Shown here: one piece after another, positions 21,310-32,039 of the stretch
Layout of the letters: the number at the start of each line of letters is the position of its first letter
Numbering within the stretch: position 1 is the stretch's first letter
NCBI GenBank assembly: GCA_964410905.1
Contig: CAYPIR010000003.1
Coordinates: 15,986-79,985 of the forward strand
DNA length: 64,000 bases
DNA from: an uncultured bacterium
Lineage (GTDB): Bacteria; Omnitrophota; Omnitrophia; Omnitrophales; Aquincolibacteriaceae
Direction of reading: 5' to 3'
Notes under the pieces: model-generated
The model's database searches: none
Seen by the model: the letters and a program-made list of their open reading frames with translations, nothing else
Told to the model about the DNA's origin: nothing
Made by a program: the position numbers and the translations under genes

Positions 21310-23136
21310 ATGACAAATTCAAAAAAATCCAAAATAGAACTTCTTGCTCCGGCTAAAACCGCTGATATAGGTATTGCCGCCATAAATTTTGGCGCGGACG
21401 CGGTTTATATTGGAGCTGAAAAATTTAGCGCGCGTGAAACGGCCGGGAACAATCTGTTTGATATAGAAAAACTAATCCGCCACGCGCATCTTTTTTATGC
21501 CCGCGTCTATGTCGCGGTTAACACGATTTTAAAAGACGCGGAAATGGCCGATGCCGAAAGACTAATAAACTCTCTTTACGAAATCGGCGCGGACGCCGTC
21601 ATTATCCAAGACTTTGGGCTCCTCAACCGCAACTTGCCGCCGATTCCGATTTTCGCGAGCACGCAGGCAAATAATGATTCTTTGGAGAAAATAAAGTTTT
21701 TGGAATCGGTCGGGTTCTCTCGCGTAATTCTTCCGCGAGAAATGAGCGTGGAGACAATAAAAAACATTCGCGCTCAGACGCATATTGATCTAGAAACATT
21801 TTGCCATGGCTCGCTTTGCGTATCACATAGCGGACAATGTTATTTGAGTTATGCTTTCGGAGGCAGAAGTGCAAACCGAGGAGCCTGCGCACAGCCTTGC
21901 CGAAAACTTTATAATCTGGTAAACGAACAAGGCAAAGTTATTGTTCAAAACAAGCATCTTCTTTCTCTAAAAGATTTAAACCTCTCTCAAAATATATCTG
22001 AATTAATTGACGCGGGAATAACATCTTTCAAAATAGAGGGCAGGCTAAAAGACATCGCGTATGTTCAAAACATCACCGCTTTTTATAGAAAAAAGCTGGA
22101 CGCGGTTTTAGAAGGCAAAAATCTCGCTCGCGCATCGTCAGGAAAAACTCTTTTCAATTTCACTCCCTCTCCGGAAAAAACTTTTAACCGCGGTTTTACC
22201 AACTTCGGCGTAGACGGAAAAAAAGGTTTTTGGGGTTCCATAAATACTCCAAAATCTTTAGGCGAGAAAATCGGACGGATTAAAATTTTAGGTAACAATT
22301 ATTTCATTCTTGAGTCATCCGCGGAAAAATTAAACAACGGCGACGGCATTTGTTTTTTCAATACCGAAAAAATTCTTTGCGGGACAACTGTAAATATCGT
22401 GGGTGGCGGTCGTGTTTTTCCTAATAATATGGACGGTTTATCTCAAGACGCTTTAATTTATCGCAATCACAACCATTTATTCTTAAAGCAACTCGCGGCG
22501 AAAAATGCCGCCGAACGAAAAATCGCTTTAGCATTTAAGCTCTCAGAAACCGCGAAGGGATTTTCCTTAAAAGCACAAGACGAAGACGAAAATGTCGCGG
22601 AATATGAAATGCCTGCGAAAAAGACTATCGCTCAAAAAGAATCGCAAGCGAAAGAGACAATACGCAAACAACTTTCAAAACTAAACGACACAATTTTTTA
22701 CTGCGCTAAAATTGAGCAAACTTTTAAAGAAACTTATTTTTTCCCCGTTTCATTTTTAAACGAATTGCGGCGCAATGTTGTCCAAAATCTTTTGGAAGGA
22801 CGTCTTAAAAATTATCCCAAAACGCGACTTCCCCCAAAATCAAAAGACGCTATTTATCCCGCTAAATCGTTAAGTTATTTGGGGAATATTTTGAATGCCG
22901 ATGCCGCCAACTTTTATAAATTGCACGGTGTCCAAGATGTTGAGCAAGCGCTGGAAGCTGGCGGGAATATAAAAAACAAACAATTAATGATTTCAAAGTA
23001 TTGTATTAAGCAAGAACTTGGCCTCTGTAAAAAAAACACTGGCGAATTATTTCTCATACCAGAGGAGGGAGAGCCGCTACGGCTAAAGTTTGATTGCGAC
23101 GTCTGTCAAATGAGCGTGTGGACAAGCCCAAAATAA
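21310..23136 (+). CDS. peptidase U32 family protein (RlhA-like, long form)
   Basis: ELLAPAK...GADAVYIG...GADAVIIQD and the CxxxC region. 608 aa. Confidence 0.8.
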   Translation: MTNSKKSKIELLAPAKTADIGIAAINFGADAVYIGAEKFSARETAGNNLFDIEKLIRHAHLFYARVYVAVNTILKDAEMADAERLINSLYEIGADAVIIQDFGLLNRNLPPIPIFASTQANNDSLEKIKFLESVGFSRVILPREMSVETIKNIRAQTHIDLETFCHGSLCVSHSGQCYLSYAFGGRSANRGACAQPCRKLYNLVNEQGKVIVQNKHLLSLKDLNLSQNISELIDAGITSFKIEGRLKDIAYVQNITAFYRKKLDAVLEGKNLARASSGKTLFNFTPSPEKTFNRGFTNFGVDGKKGFWGSINTPKSLGEKIGRIKILGNNYFILESSAEKLNNGDGICFFNTEKILCGTTVNIVGGGRVFPNNMDGLSQDALIYRNHNHLFLKQLAAKNAAERKIALAFKLSETAKGFSLKAQDEDENVAEYEMPAKKTIAQKESQAKETIRKQLSKLNDTIFYCAKIEQTFKETYFFPVSFLNELRRNVVQNLLEGRLKNYPKTRLPPKSKDAIYPAKSLSYLGNILNADAANFYKLHGVQDVEQALEAGGNIKNKQLMISKYCIKQELGLCKKNTGELFLIPEEGEPLRLKFDCDVCQMSVWTSPK

Positions 23137-23147
23137 TATTTTTTTCA

Positions 23148-23879
23148 TTATTTTTTAGAGATTTGCATATTAAGAATAACCGAGCCGCCCAACAACATAA
23201 ATCGTTCCAAATAATATTCCATTCCTTCAACCCATTTGGGAGCTGTTTTTATGCAAGATGGAATTACCGTCAAGTAGTCTATCGTTTTATTTTCCCAATT
23301 AAAAAGTTTTGCTTCTTTTAAAAATTTTCCTTTAAAAAAATTTTTTTCGCCATATTTAAAAGCGGAAACTAAAAATAAGTATATGTTCCACGAGTTAGGC
23401 TCAATAACGCACCACCGCGTTCTGCTGCCCGCAAAAACGGTTATGTTTTCAATAGTCTTTTGGACAGATTCGACATGATGCAAAACATTAGCTGAATAAA
23501 AAAAGCTGACTTGCTTTCCCCGTAAAATATTTTCAACAGCCTTAAGGCTTTCTTCAATGGTTGAATTTACAAAAAACACATTCCTGTTAGATTTGTTTTG
23601 CTCTCGCGCGTATACGCAATAATTTAAAAGCGGTTCCACGCCTATAAAATTATATTCTTTAAAAAAACTCGCGAGCCGTCCCATAACGAGTCCCACTCCC
23701 GCGCCTATTTCTAAAATAAAACTTCCTTTCGGCAAGGAGCTGCTTTTAATTTTTTCATACAAATATTCAATATATTTTTTTGACACTCGGTTATTAATTC
23801 TTTTCGCAAAAAACTCCGCGTCATCATCGTAAAAAGAATTAAAAGATTTTTTCTTTATTTTATCCATATATGTATCCAT
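23148..23879 (-). CDS. class I SAM-dependent methyltransferase
   Basis: ILEIGAGVGLVMGRL motif I. Confidence 0.7.
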   Translation of the reverse strand: MDTYMDKIKKKSFNSFYDDDAEFFAKRINNRVSKKYIEYLYEKIKSSSLPKGSFILEIGAGVGLVMGRLASFFKEYNFIGVEPLLNYCVYAREQNKSNRNVFFVNSTIEESLKAVENILRGKQVSFFYSANVLHHVESVQKTIENITVFAGSRTRWCVIEPNSWNIYLFLVSAFKYGEKNFFKGKFLKEAKLFNWENKTIDYLTVIPSCIKTAPKWVEGMEYYLERFMLLGGSVILNMQISKK

Positions 23880-23962
23880 ATTCAGTCATTGCTGCAAAAG
23901 TTCATAATTTCGCGGACAAAACTGTTAACTTCTACAAACGCGGCCGATTGGCAATTTATTAA

Positions 23963-25324
23963 CTACTGTTTTTTATTTAACAATTTTATTTTGTCTTTGA
24001 TAAAAAGGAAGGATTTGTGAATTGTGTTAATAAAACTTTTTTCTCTAAATTTGGGCCGCGCCTTGACCGCAGAAAAATCTCCGCCCAAAGACACGTCAAC
24101 TGAAGGCGATTTCTTAATGAAAAGAATTTGCGCGTCATACACGCTGCGATGCCCTGTCATTAGAAAGCTAATAACGCATGCCACGGTCGCGTAAGGGGCT
24201 AGTTTCGGTCCAAAAATTTCTATAGCCATAACGCTTGCCGCGATTGGCGTATTGGCAGCTCCTGCCAAAACCGCTACAAAACCGATAGCGGACATAGTTG
24301 CCTGATCCAAATTAAGCCAATTGGCAAACACAGAACCCGCTGTAGCGCCGATAAAAAAAATGGGCGTTACAATTCCGCCCGCGCCGCCAAAATTCAGCGT
24401 TATGCTTGTAGAAATCATTTTTATAAATGGCGAAAACCACGCTACGCCCTGCCCAATAAAACATCTTTCTACTTGGTCAAGTCCAAGCCCTAAATAATCT
24501 TTTGAAAAAATAAGGGCGAGAATAATCATAGCGGCTCCGCCCAAAACGCCTTTCCAATAAATATTAATTTTAAGATTAGCCGAAATACGTTTTCCGAACC
24601 TATAAATTTCGATTAATAAAAACGCGCAAAATCCAAAGAACACGCCCGCGAGGCAAACCTTTAAAAAAAACGATTCGCTAAATTGTGGGACAAAATACAT
24701 CGGGTGATAAAACGAATCCACGCCAAGCGAAGCAGATACATGATAACTAGTAATGCCCGCGATAAAAGACGGAAGCAACACTTCATAAAGAAGTCCGCCT
24801 ACAAATAATACTTCAGCTCCAAAAAGAGCCCCGGCAATGGGCGTTCCGAATACGGCCGCAAATCCCGCGCTAACACCGCATATCATCAGCTTCCTAGTAT
24901 CTTGCTCATCAAAATGAAAAAGCTGTCCCAAAAGAGAGCCTGTTCCAGCTCCAATATCCGCGCTGGGCGCTTCTTTACCGGCAGAACCTCCGAACGATAT
25001 TGTTAAAATTGGGCAGACAAAAGCCTTTAAGACAGACAGTATGGAAATTTTTTCGCGATGGTGAATGGCGCGAATAACACGGTTAGTCTCATAACCGTCA
25101 GCCTTAGGCGCAAAATTTTTAAGGAGAATTTGATTGAATAAAAAAATTATAGGCAGGAAGAAAAACGCGTAAGAAAAATTCTTTGAGACATTCATTGTTT
25201 TAGCAAGCGTATGAATAAAAAAGGACGTAAAAACACCGACAATCGCGCCTGTCAAAGTAGCAAGAGCGACCCACTTTAAAACGCTAACAAAAAGTATTGT
25301 TTCCTCGGCAAGTCTTCTTCGCAT
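23963..25324 (-). CDS. ClC-family chloride/fluoride channel
   Basis: GGSAGKEAPSADIGAG (GK/REGP-like) and GIVTPIFFIG (GxFxP-like). ~10 TM. Confidence 0.7.
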   Translation of the reverse strand: MRRRLAEETILFVSVLKWVALATLTGAIVGVFTSFFIHTLAKTMNVSKNFSYAFFFLPIIFLFNQILLKNFAPKADGYETNRVIRAIHHREKISILSVLKAFVCPILTISFGGSAGKEAPSADIGAGTGSLLGQLFHFDEQDTRKLMICGVSAGFAAVFGTPIAGALFGAEVLFVGGLLYEVLLPSFIAGITSYHVSASLGVDSFYHPMYFVPQFSESFFLKVCLAGVFFGFCAFLLIEIYRFGKRISANLKINIYWKGVLGGAAMIILALIFSKDYLGLGLDQVERCFIGQGVAWFSPFIKMISTSITLNFGGAGGIVTPIFFIGATAGSVFANWLNLDQATMSAIGFVAVLAGAANTPIAASVMAIEIFGPKLAPYATVACVISFLMTGHRSVYDAQILFIKKSPSVDVSLGGDFSAVKARPKFREKSFINTIHKSFLFIKDKIKLLNKKQ

Positions 25325-25415
25325 TTGTTTTATTCCGCTTTTATTTCATATAAAAGAAAACCCGAAATCAATTGAAAACTCAACCAATTTCGGGTTTTAA
25401 ACGAATGCCTTATCC

Positions 25416-25580
25416 TTATAATGAAAGAGCTTCTACCGGACAGGCGCCAGTGCAAGCGCCGCAATCAATGCACTGGTCATTTGCTACGGCTTTGCTATCC
25501 GCCACTTGAATCGCCCCAACAGGACAATTCTCTGAACACGCTCCACAACCTGTGCATTTCTCTGTATCGACTTTTATCAT
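25416..25580 (-). CDS. 2x[4Fe-4S] ferredoxin, 54 aa, absent from the ORF track
   Basis: MIKVDTEKCTGCGACSENCP...CIDCGACTGACP. AAGGGAGA Shine-Dalgarno 6 nt upstream. Confidence 0.7.
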   Translation of the reverse strand: MIKVDTEKCTGCGACSENCPVGAIQVADSKAVANDQCIDCGACTGACPVEALSL

Positions 25581-25916
25581 TTGTTATCTCCCTTGTTGAA
25601 TTCCCCACTGTGATAAAAAGCTATTCTCCCGCTTTATAAGCACAATGGAAGTGTTTTGTATGAGGAATGTCTCAACTTTTGTAAAACTATACCGCCTCTT
25701 TTTATTTTGTCAATTACAGACCTTGCATTGCCTTGCTCACAATAAAGTTTGAATTTTTACCATTTACCGCATATGATACGCAATCCCTTCTTTTAAAATT
25801 CCCCCTCATACTTGTCTTAGAAAGCTAAAGACTTTGAACGGGTATTTTTTTGTAGCAAGAAGTGTAAGCGAATTTGTTTAATTATTAACCTTAACCAAAC
25901 AAGAAACAGGTGATTT

Positions 25917-28376
25917 ATGAAGAAACTTTGGACAAAACTCCTCTTCTTGGCTGCGTGTTTTTTGAATTCTAGTGTTGCGTGGGCCAGCGAAGCGGATCTC
26001 AAAATCCCCGACCTTCACGAAGGACAATTTCAGTTCTTCGGCGGACTTACGGGTTATCAAATCCTTCTCTATGGCGCGATTGTTATTCTTGGCACTGTAG
26101 GCGTTTCGCTTTACCAATTCGTTAAAATCAAAGCTCTCCCGGCTCACAAATCTATGCTTGATGTCGCGGATACAATTTTCCAGACTTGCAAAACCTATCT
26201 CGCTCAACAAGCAAAGTTTCTTTCGATTCTGTTTGTAATTATCGCGGCGGCAATGTCTTATTATTTTATCGGTCTTCAGCACGAAACCGCGCGCACGCTT
26301 ACTCTTGTTCTTCTATTTTCTGTTGTCGGCATAGCCGGCTCAACGCTCGTAGCGTTTTACGGCATTCGCATTAACACATACGCCAATGCCCGCACGGCAT
26401 TCGCGTCTTTGCGCGGCGTTCCTTGGGATGTTGTAAACATTCCTATGCGCGCGGGAATTTCTGTCGGACTTTTTCTTATTTCCGTTGAACTTGTGATGAT
26501 GGTAATTATTCTTTTGTTTGTTCCGCGCGATATCGTTGGGTATTGCTTTTTAGGATTTGCAATCGGTGAATCGCTTGGCGCAAGTGCGCTTCGCATCGCG
26601 GGCGGAATTTTTACAAAAATCGCGGACATCGGTTCTGACTTGATGAAAATCGTTTTTAAAGTAAAAGAAGACGATCCTCGCAACCCCGGCGTAATCGCGG
26701 ACTGCGCGGGCGACAACGCGGGCGATTCTGTCGGTCCTACAGCTGACGGTTTTGAAACTTACGGCGTTACAGGCGTTGCTCTCATTTCCTTTATCACGCT
26801 TGCCATAAAAGATCCTACGCTTCAAGCAAAACTCATCGTTTGGATTTTCGCGATGCGTTTTTTGATGGATTTTATGTCAGGTCTTTCTTATTTCATTAAT
26901 CAAGCGATTTCCGAAAAGAAATACAAAAGTCTAAAAGAATTTGATTTTGAAGAGCCTCTCACGCGTCTTATCACAATCGCGACAGCTCTTTGCATTTCAA
27001 CTTCTTACGGAATGTCTTACCTTTTAATCGGCGACCTTCCTGATCCAACGCTTTGGTGGAAACTCGCGTCAATCATCGCTTGCGGAACTTTGGCGGCATT
27101 TTTGATTCCTGAGTTTACAAAAATTTTCACATCGTCTCACTCCAAACACGTCAAAGAAATCGTTATCGCGTCGCGTGAAGGCGGTGCCTCTCTTACAATT
27201 CTTTCCGGTCTTGTCGCGGGTTATTTTTCTGCGTTTTGGAAAGGAATTTTGATTGCCGGTTTAATGACTGCCGCATTCTTTATTTCTGGGATGGGCTTGC
27301 AAGAAATTATGCCTCACGCGTCAGTATTTGCGTTTGGACTTGTTGCGTATGGCTTTCTTTGTATGGGACCAGTCAATATCGCAGTCGATTCTTACGGACC
27401 TGTTACCGATAACGCGCAGTCTATTTTTGAACTCGCGCAAACGGAATCGATTCCCGGCATCGCGCAAGAAATTGAAAAAGATTTCGGATTCACCCCGGAT
27501 TTCAAAGGCGGAAAACATTATTTGGAAGCCAACGATTCAGCGGGTAATACATTCAAGGCTACGGCAAAACCTGTATTGATTGGAACAGCTGTTGCCGGCG
27601 CGACTACGATGATTTTTTCTATCATCTTATTGCTGCAAGAACATCTTCACACGACAGCTATTTTGGCGGCTTCGGGCGCGTTTGTCCCTGCTAACATTGG
27701 GGAAATTTTGCTTTCGCAAAAACTTTCTCTTACGGCAGCTCCTATTCTTCTTGGATTTATTTGCGGCGGAGCGGTGATTTTCTGGTTCTGCGGCGCGTCA
27801 ATTCAAGCCGTTACAACAGGAGCTTATTCGGCTGTTGAATATATCAAGAAAAATATGAATCTTGATAACACCGAAGCTAAGCGTGAAGATTCAGTCACGG
27901 TTGTTAAAATTTGCACAGAATACGCGCAAAAAGGAATGTGGAATATTTTTCTTGGTCTTTTGGCGCTTACTCTATCGTTCGCTCTTCTTGACCCATATTT
28001 CTTTATAGCCTATCTAGTCGCCATCGCAGTGTTTGGGCTTTTCCAAGCGATGTTTATGGCTAACGCCGGAGGCTCTTGGGACAATGCGAAAAAAGTTGTC
28101 GAAGTGGATTTGGGAGAAAAAAACACTCCTGTTCACGCGGCAACCGTTATCGGCGACACAGTCGGAGATCCTTTCAAGGACACAACTTCTGTTTCGCTAA
28201 ATCCAATTATTAAGTTCTCAACGCTTTTTGGTATGCTTGCTGTCGAAATCGCCATCAAGATGGACCAAACAACGACAAAAATCGGCGCGCTGGTTCTTTT
28301 TATAATTGGACTTTTCTTTGTATGGAAATCTTTTTATAAGATGAGAATCCCAGCAAAAGAAAGCGTAAAAGCGTAA
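25917..28376 (+). CDS. hppA: membrane-bound proton/sodium-translocating pyrophosphatase
   Basis: GVIADCAGDNAGDSVGPTADGFETY and ~16 TM helices. 819 aa. Confidence 0.9.
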   Translation: MKKLWTKLLFLAACFLNSSVAWASEADLKIPDLHEGQFQFFGGLTGYQILLYGAIVILGTVGVSLYQFVKIKALPAHKSMLDVADTIFQTCKTYLAQQAKFLSILFVIIAAAMSYYFIGLQHETARTLTLVLLFSVVGIAGSTLVAFYGIRINTYANARTAFASLRGVPWDVVNIPMRAGISVGLFLISVELVMMVIILLFVPRDIVGYCFLGFAIGESLGASALRIAGGIFTKIADIGSDLMKIVFKVKEDDPRNPGVIADCAGDNAGDSVGPTADGFETYGVTGVALISFITLAIKDPTLQAKLIVWIFAMRFLMDFMSGLSYFINQAISEKKYKSLKEFDFEEPLTRLITIATALCISTSYGMSYLLIGDLPDPTLWWKLASIIACGTLAAFLIPEFTKIFTSSHSKHVKEIVIASREGGASLTILSGLVAGYFSAFWKGILIAGLMTAAFFISGMGLQEIMPHASVFAFGLVAYGFLCMGPVNIAVDSYGPVTDNAQSIFELAQTESIPGIAQEIEKDFGFTPDFKGGKHYLEANDSAGNTFKATAKPVLIGTAVAGATTMIFSIILLLQEHLHTTAILAASGAFVPANIGEILLSQKLSLTAAPILLGFICGGAVIFWFCGASIQAVTTGAYSAVEYIKKNMNLDNTEAKREDSVTVVKICTEYAQKGMWNIFLGLLALTLSFALLDPYFFIAYLVAIAVFGLFQAMFMANAGGSWDNAKKVVEVDLGEKNTPVHAATVIGDTVGDPFKDTTSVSLNPIIKFSTLFGMLAVEIAIKMDQTTTKIGALVLFIIGLFFVWKSFYKMRIPAKESVKA

Positions 28377-28399
28377 AAGGTTTCGCGTCTAACAAAAAA

Positions 28400-28430
28400 C
28401 CCCATAGGCAATTTGCTTATGGGGTTTTTT
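28400..28430. terminator. bidirectional rho-independent terminator between hppA and the GNAT gene
   Basis: ccccata-N11-tatgggg followed by T6. Confidence 0.55.
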
Positions 28431-28466
28431 ATTTCTCTGTCCAAACAAACTCTTGCGTCTTAAATT

Positions 28467-28976
28467 TTACAGCACTTTCTCCATAACATAATCATCCATC
28501 ACAAAGCCATTTCCAATATCTTGAACAACTTCTTTAACCACGGCAAATCCCATTTTCTTATAAGCGCTGACAGAAGACATGTTCCCTTTATTGACCGTCA
28601 GCGTTATTTTTCTTAATTTATTATCACGAGCAATTTCCGCCAAAAAATCTATCGCTTTTTGAGCAAGACCTTTACCTCTTTCAGCTTTTTGTATGTAAAT
28701 TTTGCTTAAAAAAATCTCGCCCGCTTCCCTTCTGAAAACAAATCCAAAATATCCGCAAGCCTTATTTTTTTCAGTCTCCATTAAAAAATATTTATAATCC
28801 TCTTCCGCTATTTGCTTGGCAATAGCCTCACAAGACTGAAATTTTTTTAGCATATATTTCACTTGCCGAAAACCTATCAAATCATTGTAATGCTCCTGCC
28901 AAATCTCACCGGCAAGCGCCGCGACAAGTTCAATATCCCGTGAGTTTTTTACTTCTCTAAATAGATTGTTTCCCAA
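28467..28976 (-). CDS. GNAT-family N-acetyltransferase (TTG start)
   Basis: Q/RxxGxG/A-type motif (AERGKGLAQKAI). TTG start with AGGAGA Shine-Dalgarno. Confidence 0.7.
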   Translation of the reverse strand: MGNNLFREVKNSRDIELVAALAGEIWQEHYNDLIGFRQVKYMLKKFQSCEAIAKQIAEEDYKYFLMETEKNKACGYFGFVFRREAGEIFLSKIYIQKAERGKGLAQKAIDFLAEIARDNKLRKITLTVNKGNMSSVSAYKKMGFAVVKEVVQDIGNGFVMDDYVMEKVL

Positions 28977-29051
28977 ACATTTCTCCTATTTTATCTTTCA
29001 TATAAATTTTGACTTAAAATCTTGAAAAACGTTGACCCGTTTTTTACTATC

Positions 29052-29079
29052 CTTATAATACGTTGTCTTTGGCGGAAGG
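29052..29079 (+). promoter_or_regulatory. sigma70-like promoter for tRNA-Asn
   Basis: TTGACC-16 nt-TATAAT, about 25 nt upstream of the tRNA. Confidence 0.45.
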
Positions 29080-29103
29080 CGTTTCCTTTCCTAAAATTTA
29101 CAT

Positions 29104-29176
29104 TCCCCTGTAGCTCAGCTGGTAGAGCATGCGGCTGTTAACCGCAGTGTCCCTGGTTCGATCCCAGGCGGGGGAG
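29104..29176 (+). tRNA. tRNA-Asn(GTT). CCA is not encoded.
   Basis: Cloverleaf folds by hand: acceptor tcccctg/cggggga, anticodon loop ctGTTaa, T-loop ttcgatc. Confidence 0.9.
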
Positions 29177-29259
29177 TCTTCATTATATCTTAAAGGCTTT
29201 GAATTGCTCAAAATAAGCGCCAATGCCTTTGTGTGTTTCTCGCTTTTGGAGAATGTGTA

Positions 29260-29610
29260 ATGTATAAAAATTTCTTATTTTATTTTTCCCTTCTATTAAG
29301 TATTTCCGTATGTTTTACCCCCTATACGTTTGCCTACGAAGAGACTATAACGATGGAAACGTTGGAAAGCGTTAGCGGTTCCGTTATGTCTATTAGCGCG
29401 AACAAAAAAAATATCACTGTTAGGCGTATGTATGGCGGTGATTCAATTCGCTATCAGGACATCGCGTTAGCGATCGCGTCCAATTGCGTTATTACAAAAA
29501 ATTCAGAGATAGTCGAAACCTCTGACTTGGAAATCGGCGATCACGTAGACATCCGATACAACGCCAACGCTGAGCCTCTGGCAACCGCTGTAAGTATTGT
29601 AGTTTCTTAA
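29260..29610 (+). CDS. small secreted hypothetical protein
   Basis: N-terminal signal-peptide-like segment. GGAGA Shine-Dalgarno before the ATG at 29260. Confidence 0.45.
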   Translation: MYKNFLFYFSLLLSISVCFTPYTFAYEETITMETLESVSGSVMSISANKKNITVRRMYGGDSIRYQDIALAIASNCVITKNSEIVETSDLEIGDHVDIRYNANAEPLATAVSIVVS

Positions 29611-29639
29611 ATTTAAACCAACCATTAAAGGAGATTTAA

Positions 29640-30389
29640 ATGTATAAAATCGTTTTAATCAGACACGGCGAAAGCCTTTGGAATAAAGAAAACCGCTTCA
29701 CAGGCTGGTATGACGTTGATTTATCCGAAAAAGGGCTAAATGAGGCGCGCGAAGGCGGAGACCTGCTGAAAAAAGAAGGCTTTACATTCGATGTCGCTTT
29801 CGTATCCGTTTTAAAGCGTGCAATCCGAACGCTTGGAGCAGTTTTAGACAGAATGGATCTTCTGTGGATTCCTGTAGTCCGCGATTGGCGGCTTAACGAA
29901 CGTCATTATGGTTCGCTTCAAGGACTCAACAAAGCCGAAACTGCCGAAAAGTTTGGCGATGAACAAGTAAAAATATGGAGACGCAGTTATGATGTCCCGC
30001 CTCCGCCGCTTGAGGAAACTGACGCGAGAAATCCCGCAAATGACCCGCGCTATAAAAACCTTCCCAAGAATGTTATCCCGCTTACAGAATGCCTAAAGGA
30101 CACGGTCGCGCGCGTAATTCCATTTTGGAATGAAGTTGCGGTCCCGGCAATCCGCTCAGGGAAAAAAGTTTTAATCGCGGCGCATGGCAATAGTCTTCGC
30201 GCGCTTGTAAAATATCTCGATAATGTCTCAGAAGAAGATATTCTCGCGTTAAATATTCCAACAGGGGTTCCTCTTGTTTACGAACTCGACCAAGACCTTA
30301 AGCCTATCAAACATTATTATTTGGGCGACCAAGACAAAATCAAAGCGGCAATGGACGCCGTCGCGAATCAAGGGAAAGCAAAAAAATAA
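29640..30389 (+). CDS. gpmA: 2,3-bisphosphoglycerate-dependent phosphoglycerate mutase
   Basis: [26 protein letters not shown] Shine-Dalgarno. Confidence 0.9.
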   Translation: MYKIVLIRHGESLWNKENRFTGWYDVDLSEKGLNEAREGGDLLKKEGFTFDVAFVSVLKRAIRTLGAVLDRMDLLWIPVVRDWRLNERHYGSLQGLNKAETAEKFGDEQVKIWRRSYDVPPPPLEETDARNPANDPRYKNLPKNVIPLTECLKDTVARVIPFWNEVAVPAIRSGKKVLIAAHGNSLRALVKYLDNVSEEDILALNIPTGVPLVYELDQDLKPIKHYYLGDQDKIKAAMDAVANQGKAKK

Positions 30390-30430
30390 AGGCCCTGCTT
30401 GTTTTTACACTAAAATAAAGGGAGGAGATT

Positions 30431-32032
30431 TTGCAAACATCAAATACACAGAATCTCCTCCTTTTTTTAGACCGCTACGCTTTTAGGATTTTTTCCGCGA
30501 TTTTTATTGCTGTAAGTCTAGCAATCCTTCCCGACTTCGGCATCAACGTCGACAGCGTCAAAAATTTCGACGAGGGCAGAATAAACCTTTCCGCCATCCT
30601 GCATTTTAGTATTACAAATACCGACCAAATGTTTTTGTCTCATCAAATTCACGGCTCATTATTTTTTATGTTATGCGAAGTTTCCCGCATTGTTTTTTCG
30701 GAATGGATTCCGTTTTTAAATCCAATTTCCGCGCGCCACTTGCCCTTGCCGTTTCTATTTTGTTTTTTTGCCAACAATTTTTATGCTTTCTTAAAAAAAC
30801 GCGTTTCTCACTCCGTAGCGTTTCTGGCGGGGACGATTCTTCTCACTATTCCTCCGGTTTTCGGGCATATTTTCCAAAATATAAAAGACATTCCTCTCAT
30901 TGTTTTTTTCTCATTTACTCTTATTTATTTCTTAAAATGGACTGAAACAAACTTCGCAAAAAACCGCTACCTTTTAATCGCTTCACTTTGCTTGGGACTA
31001 ACATTCTGCATTAAACTTTACGCCGCTTTAATTTTCCCGCTGCTTCTCCTTTATCTTATTTTTCTACACAACAGCAAACAAGAAACCTCTATTGTTTTCA
31101 AAAATATTAAATCAAAAAAGAATATATTTTTATTGTCTCTTTGCGCGATTTTTGTCATCGCTTTTACTGCCATTTTTTATATGCCGGCAATTTGGACGGT
31201 TGAGCAAAAACTCGCGCTCCTAAGCATAAATAAATTTCAGGCCGCGCAGCTATTGGGATATGGCACAAAAGGTTTTCAAATCACTCCCTTTCTAAGACTT
31301 TTTTTAATATTACCGTCATTATCTTTACTGTTTGGCATTTGGGGACTTATCAAAACGGCCGCTCAGCCTAAAAAAAATCTTTGGTCAACATTATCCCTTG
31401 TTTGGTTTTTTGTGGTTCTCTTGACGGCCTGCATGCCTATTTTCCCCGTATACAACGGCATCAGACTTTATATGGTTTTCATTGTCCCATTTTGTTTTTT
31501 TATCGCCGCGGGGATTATCGATGCCGCGCGTAGGCTTGAAAAGTTTTTTCCCAAAAGAAAATTTTTTCTAACGCCCATTTTGGGAACAATGGTTATCGGC
31601 TGTAATATTTGGGGAATTGTTGAAACCCACCCATATGAATTCACTTTCTTTAATGCTTTATCCGGCGGACTAAAAGGCGTGCAAGAAAAACGATTGGAAG
31701 GCGCGAGTGATTATTGGTTAGCCTCATTCAGAGAAGGCGTGATGTGGATAAACAAAAATGCCGCGAATAACTCCACTCTTTATTTAAGTAATCTGGATGG
31801 CGAGATAACGGCATCTGTCTACCCAAGAAGAAAAGACATTAGCATACGGCACGCGACAGAAAGACCTTTTAATAAGAATTCGTATCTTTTTCTTCCAGAC
31901 GGCTTATCAGTATGGATCAACGCGAAAGGCGTAGCCAAAGAGCGTGTATTTTCAGAGCTTTTAAATATGAAAAAAGTTCACAGAATAGAGCGGCAAGGCG
32001 GAAAGATTCTTGAAATTTATAGAAAGGACTAA
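30431..32032 (+). CDS. polytopic membrane protein, putative GT-C glycosyltransferase (ArnT/PMT-like)
   Basis: Multi-TM with a DE-containing first loop. TTG start after GGAGGAG. Confidence 0.45.
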   Translation: MQTSNTQNLLLFLDRYAFRIFSAIFIAVSLAILPDFGINVDSVKNFDEGRINLSAILHFSITNTDQMFLSHQIHGSLFFMLCEVSRIVFSEWIPFLNPISARHLPLPFLFCFFANNFYAFLKKRVSHSVAFLAGTILLTIPPVFGHIFQNIKDIPLIVFFSFTLIYFLKWTETNFAKNRYLLIASLCLGLTFCIKLYAALIFPLLLLYLIFLHNSKQETSIVFKNIKSKKNIFLLSLCAIFVIAFTAIFYMPAIWTVEQKLALLSINKFQAAQLLGYGTKGFQITPFLRLFLILPSLSLLFGIWGLIKTAAQPKKNLWSTLSLVWFFVVLLTACMPIFPVYNGIRLYMVFIVPFCFFIAAGIIDAARRLEKFFPKRKFFLTPILGTMVIGCNIWGIVETHPYEFTFFNALSGGLKGVQEKRLEGASDYWLASFREGVMWINKNAANNSTLYLSNLDGEITASVYPRRKDISIRHATERPFNKNSYLFLPDGLSVWINAKGVAKERVFSELLNMKKVHRIERQGGKILEIYRKD

Positions 32033-32039
32033 AGGCAAT

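Noticed and set aside
25421-25639. Plus-strand 72-aa ORF in the hppA upstream region.
   Set aside because: The opposite strand encodes a textbook 2x[4Fe-4S] ferredoxin with a strong Shine-Dalgarno. The plus ORF is its shadow.
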